Source of the DNA: Rhodospirillaceae bacterium
GTDB lineage: Bacteria > Pseudomonadota > Gammaproteobacteria > Steroidobacterales > Rariloculaceae
Assembly: GCA_024640685.1 (NCBI GenBank)
Contig: JAHEEN010000002.1
Location: 11,395 to 75,394 of the forward strand
Direction: 5' to 3'
Length of the DNA stretch: 64,000 bases
The position numbers and the translations under genes were made by a program. Under the pieces are notes generated by a model. It was not told where the DNA came from. It worked only from the letters and a program-made list of their open reading frames with translations, and made no database searches. Shown here piece after piece: positions 39,853 through 48,798 of this stretch. Each line of letters begins with the position of its first letter. The first letter of the stretch is position 1.

Positions 39853-40368
39853 CTAACGTCTCGGTGCGGGCGCCCGGTCGGTCGGCGCACGTTGCAAGCG
39901 TCGATCTTGAAGCCTCTGCATGCGTTGGTCCTGTAACGAGCGCCGCTGTGCCGGCGTCAAGTCGCGAAACCGCTCCTGAAGCTCCAGGCGCCGCTCCGGC
40001 GGCATGCGCTGGAAGCGGCTGTAGGCGTTCATAATGCGTTCCCGGTCGCCTGGTGCAAGGCGCTGGTACGCCTCGTAGCGCTCACGGATCGCCCGTCGCT
40101 GGCCGTCACTGAGCGCTGCCCAGCGACGAAATCGTTCCGTCGCCTCGGTTCGCTCGCCGCTGTTCATCGCAAGCCAGCGTTGCGCACCGCGCGCGATCTG
40201 CTGCTGGCGTTCGGGCTCAAGGTCCGCCCAGCGCTCCGCCTGTCCTGCCAGGATGCGCTGCTGCGCGTCACTGAGATCACCCCAGGAGATCCCCTGGGCC
40301 GCCGCCACATTCGCGAGGCTCATCAGACTCACCGCGAGTACGGCTAGCCATCGCGTGTTACTCATCAT
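39853..40368 (-). CDS. DUF3106-like periplasmic protein with repeated LTXXQ-like motifs
   Basis: Start ATGATG 40368 with GAGGAG 4 nt upstream. Signal peptide WLAVLAVSLMSLANVAAAQG. Six to seven repeats of RW/RF...L(S/T/E/A)P/D-x-x-(Q/R)(Q/R). Confidence 0.65.
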   Translation of the reverse strand: MMSNTRWLAVLAVSLMSLANVAAAQGISWGDLSDAQQRILAGQAERWADLEPERQQQIARGAQRWLAMNSGERTEATERFRRWAALSDGQRRAIRERYEAYQRLAPGDRERIMNAYSRFQRMPPERRLELQERFRDLTPAQRRSLQDQRMQRLQDRRLQRAPTDRAPAPRR

Positions 40369-40621
40369 CGTTCTCCTCACTCGGCGCCGGTTCCGTCGGC
40401 GCGCCCCCTTCGACCTTGCCATCCCACTCGACAACCGCGACCCACTCCTCGTCGCCGTCCGACCAGCTGCCGAGATACGCGAGCAAATCCAAATCCGGCA
40501 GCTCCTCGTCCGCCGCGACCGCAGGCGCCGCAAACAACATCGCCACAGCTGCATGGGCGAGGACGCAAAGGCCAAGGCATTTTTTCCGGTCGCGCTCATC
40601 CGACGCCATCTTCGGTCCCAT
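40358..40621 (-). CDS. small acidic secreted protein (hypothetical)
   Basis: Signal-like segment CLGLCVLAHAAVAMLFAAPAVAA, then the acidic tail ELPDLDLLAYLGSWSDGDEEW...SEENDDE. The stop overlaps the next gene's ATGATG. Start is ATG 40621 or 40609. Confidence 0.5.
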   Translation of the reverse strand: MGPKMASDERDRKKCLGLCVLAHAAVAMLFAAPAVAADEELPDLDLLAYLGSWSDGDEEWVAVVEWDGKVEGGAPTEPAPSEENDDE

Positions 40622-40997
40622 CGCTCGCAGGCTCCGCTTCCTGCATATCGAGCCACTCGTAGAACTCGAGCTCGGCGAACATCTCGAACTCGGCTTCACC
40701 AAGCAACAGCTCGAGATCCACGGCAGCCACCGGAGCGAGCTCCTGGCCATCACCGGCACCACCGAGCTCGATACGCGGCACGAGTACGATCACCGCAAGC
40801 CCCGCTGCCACTGCCGCCGGCATCCAGAGCCACGACGGCGCTAGCCACGCACGCCCGCCAGCATGCTCGAGCGCGTGAAGCCGCGCGGCTCGCAACCCCG
40901 CAGCGATACCGATTTCGGTCGCTTCGACGGCTGTGTCGAAGTCGCGCTTGCTACCCTCGAGCAGGCGGTCCTCGGCTTCTGTCCTATCGTCCATCAT
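40596..40997 (-). CDS. DUF3619-like membrane protein (putative anti-sigma/accessory factor)
   Basis: ATGA overlap with the sigma gene stop. N-terminal cytoplasmic segment ending AAGLRAARLHALE, a single TM (WLWMPAAVAAGLAVIVLV), and an acidic periplasmic tail DLELLLGEAEFEMFAELEFYEWL. Confidence 0.5.
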   Translation of the reverse strand: MMDDRTEAEDRLLEGSKRDFDTAVEATEIGIAAGLRAARLHALEHAGGRAWLAPSWLWMPAAVAAGLAVIVLVPRIELGGAGDGQELAPVAAVDLELLLGEAEFEMFAELEFYEWLDMQEAEPASDGTEDGVG

Positions 40998-41605
40998 CCG
41001 TAATACTCGCCTAGTAGTTCTCTCAGCCGGTGCGTCGCACGCGAGAAATGCGTTTTGACGCTGCCGTCCGAGCAGCCCATGGCCGCGGCTGTCTCAGCGA
41101 CATTGAGGCCCTCGAAATTCCGCAGCACGAACGCTTCGCGCTGCCGCGCCGGCAGCGTTCGCAGCGCTTGCTCGAGCGCCGACAGTGCTTCGGCATGCGC
41201 AACCGCCTGCTCCGGGACAACGGCCATCGGGTCGCGCGCGAGCGCAACCGCATCTGGCTCCTCGCCTTCCTGGCCACCGAAAAAACGCAACACGCCATCG
41301 CGCACGCGACGGCGGCGGTGCCAGTCTCGAATTCGATTGTGCAGGATTCGATAGAACAACGGCCGCCACTCCTCAGCCGGACGGTTCGCGTAACGTTTTG
41401 CAAGACTGATCATCGCATCCTGCACAATATCCAAAGCCTCGTCGGCGTCGCCGGTGCTCATCGCAGCGATGCGATAGGCGCGCTTTTCGACCTCGCGGAG
41501 GAACCCGTCCAGATCCGCCTCGACGACGCGGGTTCGCTCGTCCTCAGCCGCGCGCGCGCCATCGTTGATCAGTGCCGTCGACGACATCGGTCTACCGGGC
41601 TTCAA
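40994..41605 (-). CDS. ECF-type RNA polymerase sigma-70 family factor
   Basis: Region 2 (ALDIVQDAMISLAKRY...WRPLFYRILHNRIRDWHRR) and region 4 (LPARQREAFVLRNFEGLNVAETAAAMGCSDGSVKTHFSRA). The start may be ATG 41587. Confidence 0.85.
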   Translation of the reverse strand: MKPGRPMSSTALINDGARAAEDERTRVVEADLDGFLREVEKRAYRIAAMSTGDADEALDIVQDAMISLAKRYANRPAEEWRPLFYRILHNRIRDWHRRRRVRDGVLRFFGGQEGEEPDAVALARDPMAVVPEQAVAHAEALSALEQALRTLPARQREAFVLRNFEGLNVAETAAAMGCSDGSVKTHFSRATHRLRELLGEYYG

Positions 41606-41757
41606 TACTCATACTCGATTCGATCCCACGCTTGCACGCCGCGGACCGCAGCGGACCCTCGACGCATCCTACCGTCATCGCTCAAGATAACGCGGTACGA
41701 GTCCGCAGGTTGACAGCGAGCCTCGAAAATCAGGCAGCGGAGTTTCAGTCCCAGATT

Positions 41758-43953
41758 ATGACAAGTGACGCCAGTGTCGTTTGCGTCGCCGTGCCCGTGC
41801 GCGTCGACGCAGGACTGCAATACCTCTGCGATCGCTCGCCTCCGCCGCCGGTCGGAGGCCGCGTCGTCGTCACGGTCGGCCGCAAGCAGCACATCGGCGT
41901 CGTGCTCGAGCACGTGCCCGAAGGCGCGGTCACGGCCGCGAAGCTGAAGCCCGTGCTCGAGATTCTCGACGAGACGCCCGTTATCGATGCGCCATTGCTC
42001 GCGATGCTGAGTTGGTGCGCGACGTATTACCATCACCCGATCGGCGACGTCGTCGTCGCTGCGCTGCCCGCGCTGTTGCGCCGCGGCCGACCCGCGCAGC
42101 CGGACCTCGAGTACGCCTGGACGTTGACGGCCGCGGGCCGCGCGATCGATCTGACTGCGCTCGCACGGCGCGCATCGCGCCAAGCGCGCATTATCGAGGC
42201 ATTGACCGACGAGCCGCATGTTGCGGAGACCGCTCTGCGAGCGCGTGGCCACACACGTGCCGAGCTCGTCAAGCTGGCCGAGCGCGGCTGGCTCGAACGC
42301 CACGAACTCGCACCCGGGCCACCGGTGCCCCCGCGGCACGGCGGATCGAACGAACCCACGCTCAGTCCCGATCAAGCCGAGGCGTTGGCCGCGCTCGATG
42401 CCGCCGGGCCGGGATTCGGCGCCTCCCTGCTGCACGGCGTCACTGGCAGCGGCAAGACCGAGGTATACATGCGTCTGATCGGCGAGCGGTTGCGCCGCGG
42501 TCGCCAAGCGCTGCTGTTGGTACCCGAAATCAGCCTGACGCCACAACTCGTTGCGCGACTGCGCGAGCGATTCGGCCGGCAGTTGGCCGTCATGCACTCG
42601 GCGCTGACCGACGCAGAGCGCCTGCGGGCCTGGCAGGCGTGCCGCTCCGGTGACGCGGGACTGATCGTCGGCACGCGCTCGGCCGTGTTCGCGCCGCTGC
42701 CCCACCCAGGGCTGATCGTAGTCGACGAGGAGCACGATGCGTCGTTCAAGCAGGGCGACGGGTTCCGCTACTCGGCTCGCGATCTCGCAGTCTATCGGGC
42801 GCAACAGCTCGATATCCCGATCGTGCTCGGCTCAGCGACACCGTCGCTGGAGAGCTACTACAACGCGTCACGACGTCGCTACAGGCTGCTGCAGCTGCCG
42901 CGGAGAATCGGCAGCGCCGGGACGCCTCGGGTACGCGTCATCGATTTGGGCCGACATGCGGCGCACGATGGCTTGTCGACGCCGATGGTCGAGGCCATTA
43001 CCGGTCATCTCGCTGCCGGGCAACAGATCATGCTGTTCTTGAATCGTCGCGGCTTCGCCCCGGCGCTGTTCTGCATGGAATGCTGCCGGGCCGAGGAGTG
43101 CAACCGCTGCGACGCTCGCATGACCGTGCATGCGACACGCGGCAAGCTGCGCTGCCATCATTGCGGCGCCGGGCACGCATTGGCCTGGGGCTGTCCTCAC
43201 TGCGGCGCGGAGCGAATCGCGGTCGGTGCCGGCACGCAGCGCGTCGGTGAAGCGTTGCGCGCGCTTTTTCCCGCCGCGCGTATCGGGCGGCTCGACCGCG
43301 ACGCAACGAGCCGACGCGGCAGCCTCGAGGCAGTCCTCGCAGACGTTGCAGCCGGGAGCATCGACGTGCTCGTCGGCACTCAGATGCTGGCCAAGGGTCA
43401 CGACTTTCCGAACGTCACGCTCGTTGGTGTCCTCAACGCAGATCAAGGCCTGTTCGGAACGGACTTTCGCAGCAACGAGCGCCTCGCGCAGACGATCGTG
43501 CAAGTCTCCGGCCGCGCGGGCCGCGCCGATCGCCCCGGCGAAGTCTTGATTCAGAGCCACTATCCGGGCCACCCGTTGTTCGGCTACCTCAAGGAACAGG
43601 ATTACTCGGCCTTTGCGGCCGAAGCGCTGGCTGAGCGCGAAGCAGCACGATGGCCGCCGTTCAGTCACTTGGTCGTGATCCGGGCCGAGGCAACCGAGCG
43701 GCAACCCGTATTCGCTTTTCTTGACCGTATCGCCGACGCCGCGAGAGCACAGCGCAGCGAGGCTGCAGTCCACGGTCCGGCGCCAGCGGCGATGGAGCGA
43801 CGCGGCGGGCGTCATCGCGCACAAGTATTGCTGCAGTCCCCGCGGCGAGGCCCGCTCCATAGCCTTGTCGATGCGCTCAAGCCCGACATCCGCAGTTGGC
43901 CCGAAAGCCGACGAGTACGCTGGTCGATCGACGTCGACCCGCTGGAGCTTTAG
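41758..43953 (+). CDS. priA: primosomal replication protein N' (PriA helicase)
   Basis: Walker A LLHGVTGSGKTEVY, DEEH box VVDEEHD, Cys-rich zinc region CMECCRAEECNRCDARMTVH..LRCHHCG...CPHCG. Start set at ATG 41758; the track ORF starts at 41572. Confidence 0.93.
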   Translation: MTSDASVVCVAVPVRVDAGLQYLCDRSPPPPVGGRVVVTVGRKQHIGVVLEHVPEGAVTAAKLKPVLEILDETPVIDAPLLAMLSWCATYYHHPIGDVVVAALPALLRRGRPAQPDLEYAWTLTAAGRAIDLTALARRASRQARIIEALTDEPHVAETALRARGHTRAELVKLAERGWLERHELAPGPPVPPRHGGSNEPTLSPDQAEALAALDAAGPGFGASLLHGVTGSGKTEVYMRLIGERLRRGRQALLLVPEISLTPQLVARLRERFGRQLAVMHSALTDAERLRAWQACRSGDAGLIVGTRSAVFAPLPHPGLIVVDEEHDASFKQGDGFRYSARDLAVYRAQQLDIPIVLGSATPSLESYYNASRRRYRLLQLPRRIGSAGTPRVRVIDLGRHAAHDGLSTPMVEAITGHLAAGQQIMLFLNRRGFAPALFCMECCRAEECNRCDARMTVHATRGKLRCHHCGAGHALAWGCPHCGAERIAVGAGTQRVGEALRALFPAARIGRLDRDATSRRGSLEAVLADVAAGSIDVLVGTQMLAKGHDFPNVTLVGVLNADQGLFGTDFRSNERLAQTIVQVSGRAGRADRPGEVLIQSHYPGHPLFGYLKEQDYSAFAAEALAEREAARWPPFSHLVVIRAEATERQPVFAFLDRIADAARAQRSEAAVHGPAPAAMERRGGRHRAQVLLQSPRRGPLHSLVDALKPDIRSWPESRRVRWSIDVDPLEL

Positions 43954-44051
43954 CTCCGCATGGTATCGGCACGGTAGCAATCCATGTTCTTCGCTCCACC
44001 CAAGCCCGTCGGCCTCTATAATCGCGCTTTCTCGGGAACCTAGAGACGACC

Positions 44052-45800
44052 GTGCGCGCGCAATTGGATTTCTTGCTCAACGAAGCGCTGAGCGCCGTGA
44101 CCGCCGGCGCCGGATCGTTCGAGCCCGGCGACCTCGATCCTCAGATCGAGCGCACCCGCGATGCACGCCACGGCGATTTCACGAGTAACGTCGCACTGCG
44201 GCTTGCAAAAAAGCTCGGCGCCAAACCTCGCGATCTCGCAGGCCAAATCATCGCGGCGCTACCCGAATCGCCGCTCGTCGATTCGACCGAAGTCGCCGGG
44301 GCCGGATTCATTAACATTCGCGTCGTCCCGGCAGCGTATCAACAAGAGCTGCGCATCATCCTAGAGTCGGGCCCGAGCTACGGCTGCTCGGAGATCGGCG
44401 CCGATCAGCGAATCATCGTCGAGTACGTCTCAGCGAATCCGACCGGGCCGTTGCACGTCGGCCACGGCCGACACGCCGCCTTCGGCGCGACGCTTGCGAA
44501 TTTGCTGCGCGCGACGGGCCACGAGGTTCACGAGGAATACTACGTCAACGACGCCGGCCGGCAGATGGACATCCTCGCCACAAGCGTTTGGCTGCGTTAT
44601 GCCGAGTTGCTGGAGAAGGGACTACCGTTCCCTAGCAACTGTTACCAAGGTGACTATGTCATCGACATTGCCGCCAGGATACGCCGCGAGCACGGCGATG
44701 CATTCGACGGCGATACGAATGCGCTTGCGGCCGTCCTAGCCGACACCGACACCGAACCCGAGCAACGACTCGACCGCATTGTCACGGAGATCAAGGCAAT
44801 CCTCGGAGAGCGCAACTTTGCGATCGTTTTCGACGCGGCGCTCGCCAGTGTTCTCGACGACATCAAAGCCGATCTCGCAGAATTCGGCGTTGCGCCGCAG
44901 AATTGGTACTCGGAGCGCAGCCTCGTAGACCGCGGCGCGATCGCACATGCGTTCGAGCTGCTCGAGTCGAGCAACATGCTGTATGCAAAGGACGGCGCGA
45001 CGTGGTTTCGCTCGAGTGCGCTCGGCGACGAGAAGGATAGAGTCGTCGTGCGCGAGAACGGGGTCACAACGTACTTCGCATCCGACATCGCCTATCACAA
45101 CGAGAAACGCGAGCGCGGCTTCACTCGCTTGCTGGATGTGCTTGGCGCCGATCATCATGGGTACGTCGCGCGCGTGCGCGCCGGGCTCGAGGCCATGGGC
45201 TCGCCGCAGGACTTGCTCGAAGTTCGTCTCGTCCAGTTCGTGACTTTGTATCGCGGCAATCAGAAGATGCAGATGTCGACACGCTCCGGCGAGTATGTGA
45301 CGTTGCGCGCATTGCGTGACGAGGTCGGTAACGACGCGGCGCGTTTCTTCTACGTATCGCGGTCCAACGATCAACACCTCGATTTCGATCTGGAGCTTGC
45401 GAAATCACATTCGAACGACAACCCGGTTTATTATCTGCAGTACGCTCATGCACGCGTAGCGAGCGTGCTGAAGCGAATGAGCGAGGAGGGTATTCCCGGC
45501 CCGGACCCACAAATGGCGGAGTTGTCGCGACTCGTCGAACCGGAAGAGCATGCGTTGATGGTTGCGCTGAGCCGTTATCCCGAACAGGTCGCGCTCGCGG
45601 CAACGAACCGGGCGCCGCAGCAGGTCGCGCACTACCTGCGCGACACGGCAGCCGCGTTTCATGGCTGCTACAACGCTCACCGCGTACTCGTCGACGACAC
45701 CGCGCTGCGTGATGCGAGAATCGTGCTCGCACTCGCGACCCAGCAGGTCATTCGCAACGGATTGACGCTGCTCGGTGTCTCGGCACCGGAGTCGATGTGA
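44052..45800 (+). CDS. argS: arginine--tRNA ligase
   Basis: Class I HIGH-type motif SANPTGPLHVGHGRHA, MSTRSG (KMSKS-equivalent), and the C-terminal anticodon-binding DALR region. Confidence 0.93.
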   Translation: MRAQLDFLLNEALSAVTAGAGSFEPGDLDPQIERTRDARHGDFTSNVALRLAKKLGAKPRDLAGQIIAALPESPLVDSTEVAGAGFINIRVVPAAYQQELRIILESGPSYGCSEIGADQRIIVEYVSANPTGPLHVGHGRHAAFGATLANLLRATGHEVHEEYYVNDAGRQMDILATSVWLRYAELLEKGLPFPSNCYQGDYVIDIAARIRREHGDAFDGDTNALAAVLADTDTEPEQRLDRIVTEIKAILGERNFAIVFDAALASVLDDIKADLAEFGVAPQNWYSERSLVDRGAIAHAFELLESSNMLYAKDGATWFRSSALGDEKDRVVVRENGVTTYFASDIAYHNEKRERGFTRLLDVLGADHHGYVARVRAGLEAMGSPQDLLEVRLVQFVTLYRGNQKMQMSTRSGEYVTLRALRDEVGNDAARFFYVSRSNDQHLDFDLELAKSHSNDNPVYYLQYAHARVASVLKRMSEEGIPGPDPQMAELSRLVEPEEHALMVALSRYPEQVALAATNRAPQQVAHYLRDTAAAFHGCYNAHRVLVDDTALRDARIVLALATQQVIRNGLTLLGVSAPESM

Positions 45801-45815
45801 TGATCAGGCTCGCCG

Positions 45816-46394
45816 ATGGCAGGTAAGCGAAAGCGCCGCCCATCGCGACAGAAGAGCCACGGTTGGGTCTCGATGCTGTTCGGTCTGGGCATCGGGCTCA
45901 TGATCGCGGTCGGCGTTTACTTCAGCGGCTACCGCACGCCGGCGCCATTACCCGCGGTCGCGCCGCAGGCCGAGACGCCTGTCGCGTCGCAAGCAGCCTC
46001 CCCGCCACCGCCGACCTCGACTGGCGACGAAGCTGCGAGCGAGCCCCATCCGGCGAGCCGGTTCGATTTCTACGACATGCTGCCGCAGGTCGAGGTCGTG
46101 ATCCCCGACACCCCTCGCAGCGGCGAGCGTCCGAGCAGCACGACCGATGTCGAGGACGCCGGCAACTACGTTCTCCAGGCCGGCGCATTCACAGTTCGCG
46201 AGGACGCCGATCGCATGCAAGCAAATCTCGCGCTATTAGGCATCGAGTCGCGCATTCAGAGCGTGCCGATTGACGACGACATCTACCATCGCGTGCGTAT
46301 CGGTCCGATCGACGAACTCACCGAGCTCAATCTCATTCGACGTCGTATGTGGGAGGCGGACGTCGACACGATATTGCTCAGAATCCCGAACTAG
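45816..46394 (+). CDS. SPOR domain-containing (FtsN-like) protein
   Basis: Basic N-terminus, one TM (WVSMLFGLGIGLMIAVGVYF), a Pro/Ala-rich linker, and a C-terminal SPOR pattern YVLQAGAF...A..M...L...G......V.....YHRVRIGP. Follows argS, as in Pseudomonas. Confidence 0.75.
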   Translation: MAGKRKRRPSRQKSHGWVSMLFGLGIGLMIAVGVYFSGYRTPAPLPAVAPQAETPVASQAASPPPPTSTGDEAASEPHPASRFDFYDMLPQVEVVIPDTPRSGERPSSTTDVEDAGNYVLQAGAFTVREDADRMQANLALLGIESRIQSVPIDDDIYHRVRIGPIDELTELNLIRRRMWEADVDTILLRIPN

Positions 46395-46402
46395 TGACCG
46401 CA

Positions 46403-47431
46403 ATGCGTACCGTGCTATTGATTGTGCTGGGTGCGCTGACATCGGTAGGTAGCGCACAGCAAGCGAGCTTTTCGATCGCGGCTGTCGGCGACATCATGCT
46501 CGGCACCGATCACCCCGACAATCGCCTGCCGGACGACGACGGCGCAAGCTACCTTTCGGCCGTCACGGCCGTACTGAGTCGCGCCGACATTGCGGTCGGC
46601 AATCTCGAGGGTACGATTCTCGACGGCGGCGTGCCGTCGAAGACATGTGATAACCCGAACGCCTGTTTCCTATTTCGCTCGCCGCCACGCTACGCCGGCC
46701 TGCTACGCGATGCCGGATTCGATGCACTGAGCCTCGCAAACAACCACGCCCGCGATTTCGGCGAAGACGGCCGCAGCGCAACGATGGCGGTCCTCGATCA
46801 GTACGGCCTGCAACACTCGGGTCGCCGCGGCGACATCGCGAGTTGGCAAAATGATGGTTTGCGATTCGCGTTCATTGCGTTCTCACCGACGCTGGAGTCC
46901 TATCTGCTCAACGATATTCCGATGGCGATCGTCGAGGTCACGGCACTCGCCGCGCAGCACGATATCGTCATCGTGTCGTTTCACGGCGGTGCCGAGGGCC
47001 CGGGCGCGATGCCGCTGCCGTTCGTCGAGGAATTTTATTTCGGCGAAACGCGCGGCGAAGTCGTGCGGTTTGCGCGCGCCGTCATCGACGCCGGTGCCGA
47101 TCTCGTCGTCGGTCACGGCCCGCACGTGCCGCGCGCCTTGGAGATCTATAGCGACCGGCTGATCGCCTATAGCCTCGGCAACTTCGCGACCTACTACGGC
47201 TTGAGCGTCGCGGGACCTGCCGGCCTCGCTCCCATTCTCGAGGCGGAGATCGATCGGGAAGGGCGGTTTCTGTCAGGCGCGATTCACTCGGCGGTACAGA
47301 TACGCCCCAACGGGCCGAGCTGGGATGATTCGCGCACGGCATACGACGTGATTCGCCGACTGACCGAAGAGACTTTCGGCACGAGCATGTTCTCGTTCGC
47401 GGCGGACGGCACGTTCCGGCCCGCACCCTAG
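46403..47431 (+). CDS. CapA-family (PGA_cap metallophosphatase-like) protein
   Basis: Signal peptide, then FSIAAVGDIMLG, ADIAVGNLEG, LSLANNHARDFG, IVSFHGG and LVVGHGPHV. Start set at ATG 46403. Confidence 0.72.
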   Translation: MRTVLLIVLGALTSVGSAQQASFSIAAVGDIMLGTDHPDNRLPDDDGASYLSAVTAVLSRADIAVGNLEGTILDGGVPSKTCDNPNACFLFRSPPRYAGLLRDAGFDALSLANNHARDFGEDGRSATMAVLDQYGLQHSGRRGDIASWQNDGLRFAFIAFSPTLESYLLNDIPMAIVEVTALAAQHDIVIVSFHGGAEGPGAMPLPFVEEFYFGETRGEVVRFARAVIDAGADLVVGHGPHVPRALEIYSDRLIAYSLGNFATYYGLSVAGPAGLAPILEAEIDREGRFLSGAIHSAVQIRPNGPSWDDSRTAYDVIRRLTEETFGTSMFSFAADGTFRPAP

Positions 47432-47457
47432 CCCGGATAGCTCACGCGCTGCGTCAG

Positions 47458-48798
47458 TCAGTCCTCGGCCGCAACCTGGCGAAAATCGACACCGAGCGCG
47501 CGCAGCTTCCGGTAGAGGTGCGTCCGCTCCATGCCGACGCGCTTGGCGAGCTGCCCGACTTTGCCACCGCACAGTTGCAGCTGTTGCTGCAAATACGCGC
47601 GCTCGAAGTGCTCGCGTGCCTCTCTGAGCGGCATCGCCAACAGATCCTGCTGCACGAGCAAGTCGGTCTGCGGCGACTCGGTCGACAGCTCGCTCTCGAC
47701 CTCCTCGAGAGAGATCTCTTCGTCGGCGCCGAGCAGCAGCAGGCGGCTGACCATATTGCGCAGCTCGGCGGCGTTTCCGGGCCACGGATAATTCCGTAAA
47801 CGGTTCTGAGCCGCGACGCTGAAGCGGCGAAACGGCAGGTTCTCCGTATCGACGAGGAGCTCGACGTAATAGCGCAACAGCTCGGGAACATCTTCCGCGT
47901 ACTCGCGCAATGGTGGCACGCGAATGACGACGACGCTCAAGTGCGCGAGCAGCGCGCGTCGAAAGTCCCGTAAACCCTGATCGAATCTCGGAGGACAGCT
48001 ACAGACGATACGAACATCCAGGTCCCGGTCGGTTTGACTTCCAGCGGATCGATAGTGACCATCCTCGAGAATCGTCAGCAGCAACTGCTGGCCTTCTGGC
48101 GAGATGTCAGCAAGCTCGTTGATGAATAGCGTCCCGCCACGCGCTCGCTCGAGCACGCCGGCCTCGGTATCGTCGCCAAGCAGGCGTCGGCGGCAATCGT
48201 CGGCATCCAGCGCGCTGCCGACAATCTCGACAAACGGGCCCTGTGCGCGACTGCTGAGGCTGACCAAATAACGCGCAAATGCCTCGCGGCCGCTGCCAGG
48301 CTCGCCGGTCAACATCGTATGCACGTCGTGGAGCGCGATCTTTGCGGTCTGCTCGCGCAATCGCCGCATCGTCTCGCTCTTGCCGATCGGGGAGAGTATC
48401 GGCGGCAATAGGCTGCGACGCTGCTCGGCCTGCGGATGCGCGAGCGCCTTCTCGACGATGCGCAACAGCGTCGCCAGCGAGATGGGCTTTTCGAGATAGT
48501 CGATGGCGCCGAGCCGCGTCGCCTCGACCGCCGTATCGACGGTGCCGTGACCCGACATCATGACGACCGGCGCAAGCTTCCCGACCTCGGCCCATTCGCG
48601 CAACAGTGTGATGCCGTCGGTGTCCGGCATCCAGATATCGAGCAGGACGAGGTCGAAGCGCTCAGCCGCGTAGCTCTGCCGCGCCGACTCGGCATCGCCA
48701 GCAGTGACTACATCGTAGTCTTCCTCAGACAGAATCTCCTCGAGCAGACCTCGAATATTGGACTCGTCATCGACGATCAGAACCCGCGCCTTACTCAC
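47458..48798 (-). CDS. NtrX-like response regulator (receiver + degenerate AAA+ + Fis-type HTH)
   Basis: Receiver (VLIVDDE, LLDIWMPD), an AAA+ core with altered motifs (GEPGSGRE, LFINE, no GAFTGA), and a C-terminal HTH GKVGQLAKRVGMERTHLYRKLR. The GTG start overlaps the kinase stop (GTGA). Confidence 0.8.
   Translation of the reverse strand: MSKARVLIVDDESNIRGLLEEILSEEDYDVVTAGDAESARQSYAAERFDLVLLDIWMPDTDGITLLREWAEVGKLAPVVMMSGHGTVDTAVEATRLGAIDYLEKPISLATLLRIVEKALAHPQAEQRRSLLPPILSPIGKSETMRRLREQTAKIALHDVHTMLTGEPGSGREAFARYLVSLSSRAQGPFVEIVGSALDADDCRRRLLGDDTEAGVLERARGGTLFINELADISPEGQQLLLTILEDGHYRSAGSQTDRDLDVRIVCSCPPRFDQGLRDFRRALLAHLSVVVIRVPPLREYAEDVPELLRYYVELLVDTENLPFRRFSVAAQNRLRNYPWPGNAAELRNMVSRLLLLGADEEISLEEVESELSTESPQTDLLVQQDLLAMPLREAREHFERAYLQQQLQLCGGKVGQLAKRVGMERTHLYRKLRALGVDFRQVAAED

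Noticed and set aside
40253-41014. Plus-strand ORF of 253 aa opposite the ECF module
   Set aside because: The translation is extremely Arg/Pro/His-rich. The minus strand encodes four genes with good start contexts and sensible signal peptides or TM segments.
41602-43980. Long minus-strand ORFs (41602..42804, 400 aa; 42868..43980, 370 aa) opposite priA
   Set aside because: They lie antisense to a gene with unambiguous PriA motifs. Their translations are Arg/Ala/Gly-rich low-complexity with no recognisable motif. This is the typical shadow ORF of a GC-rich genome.
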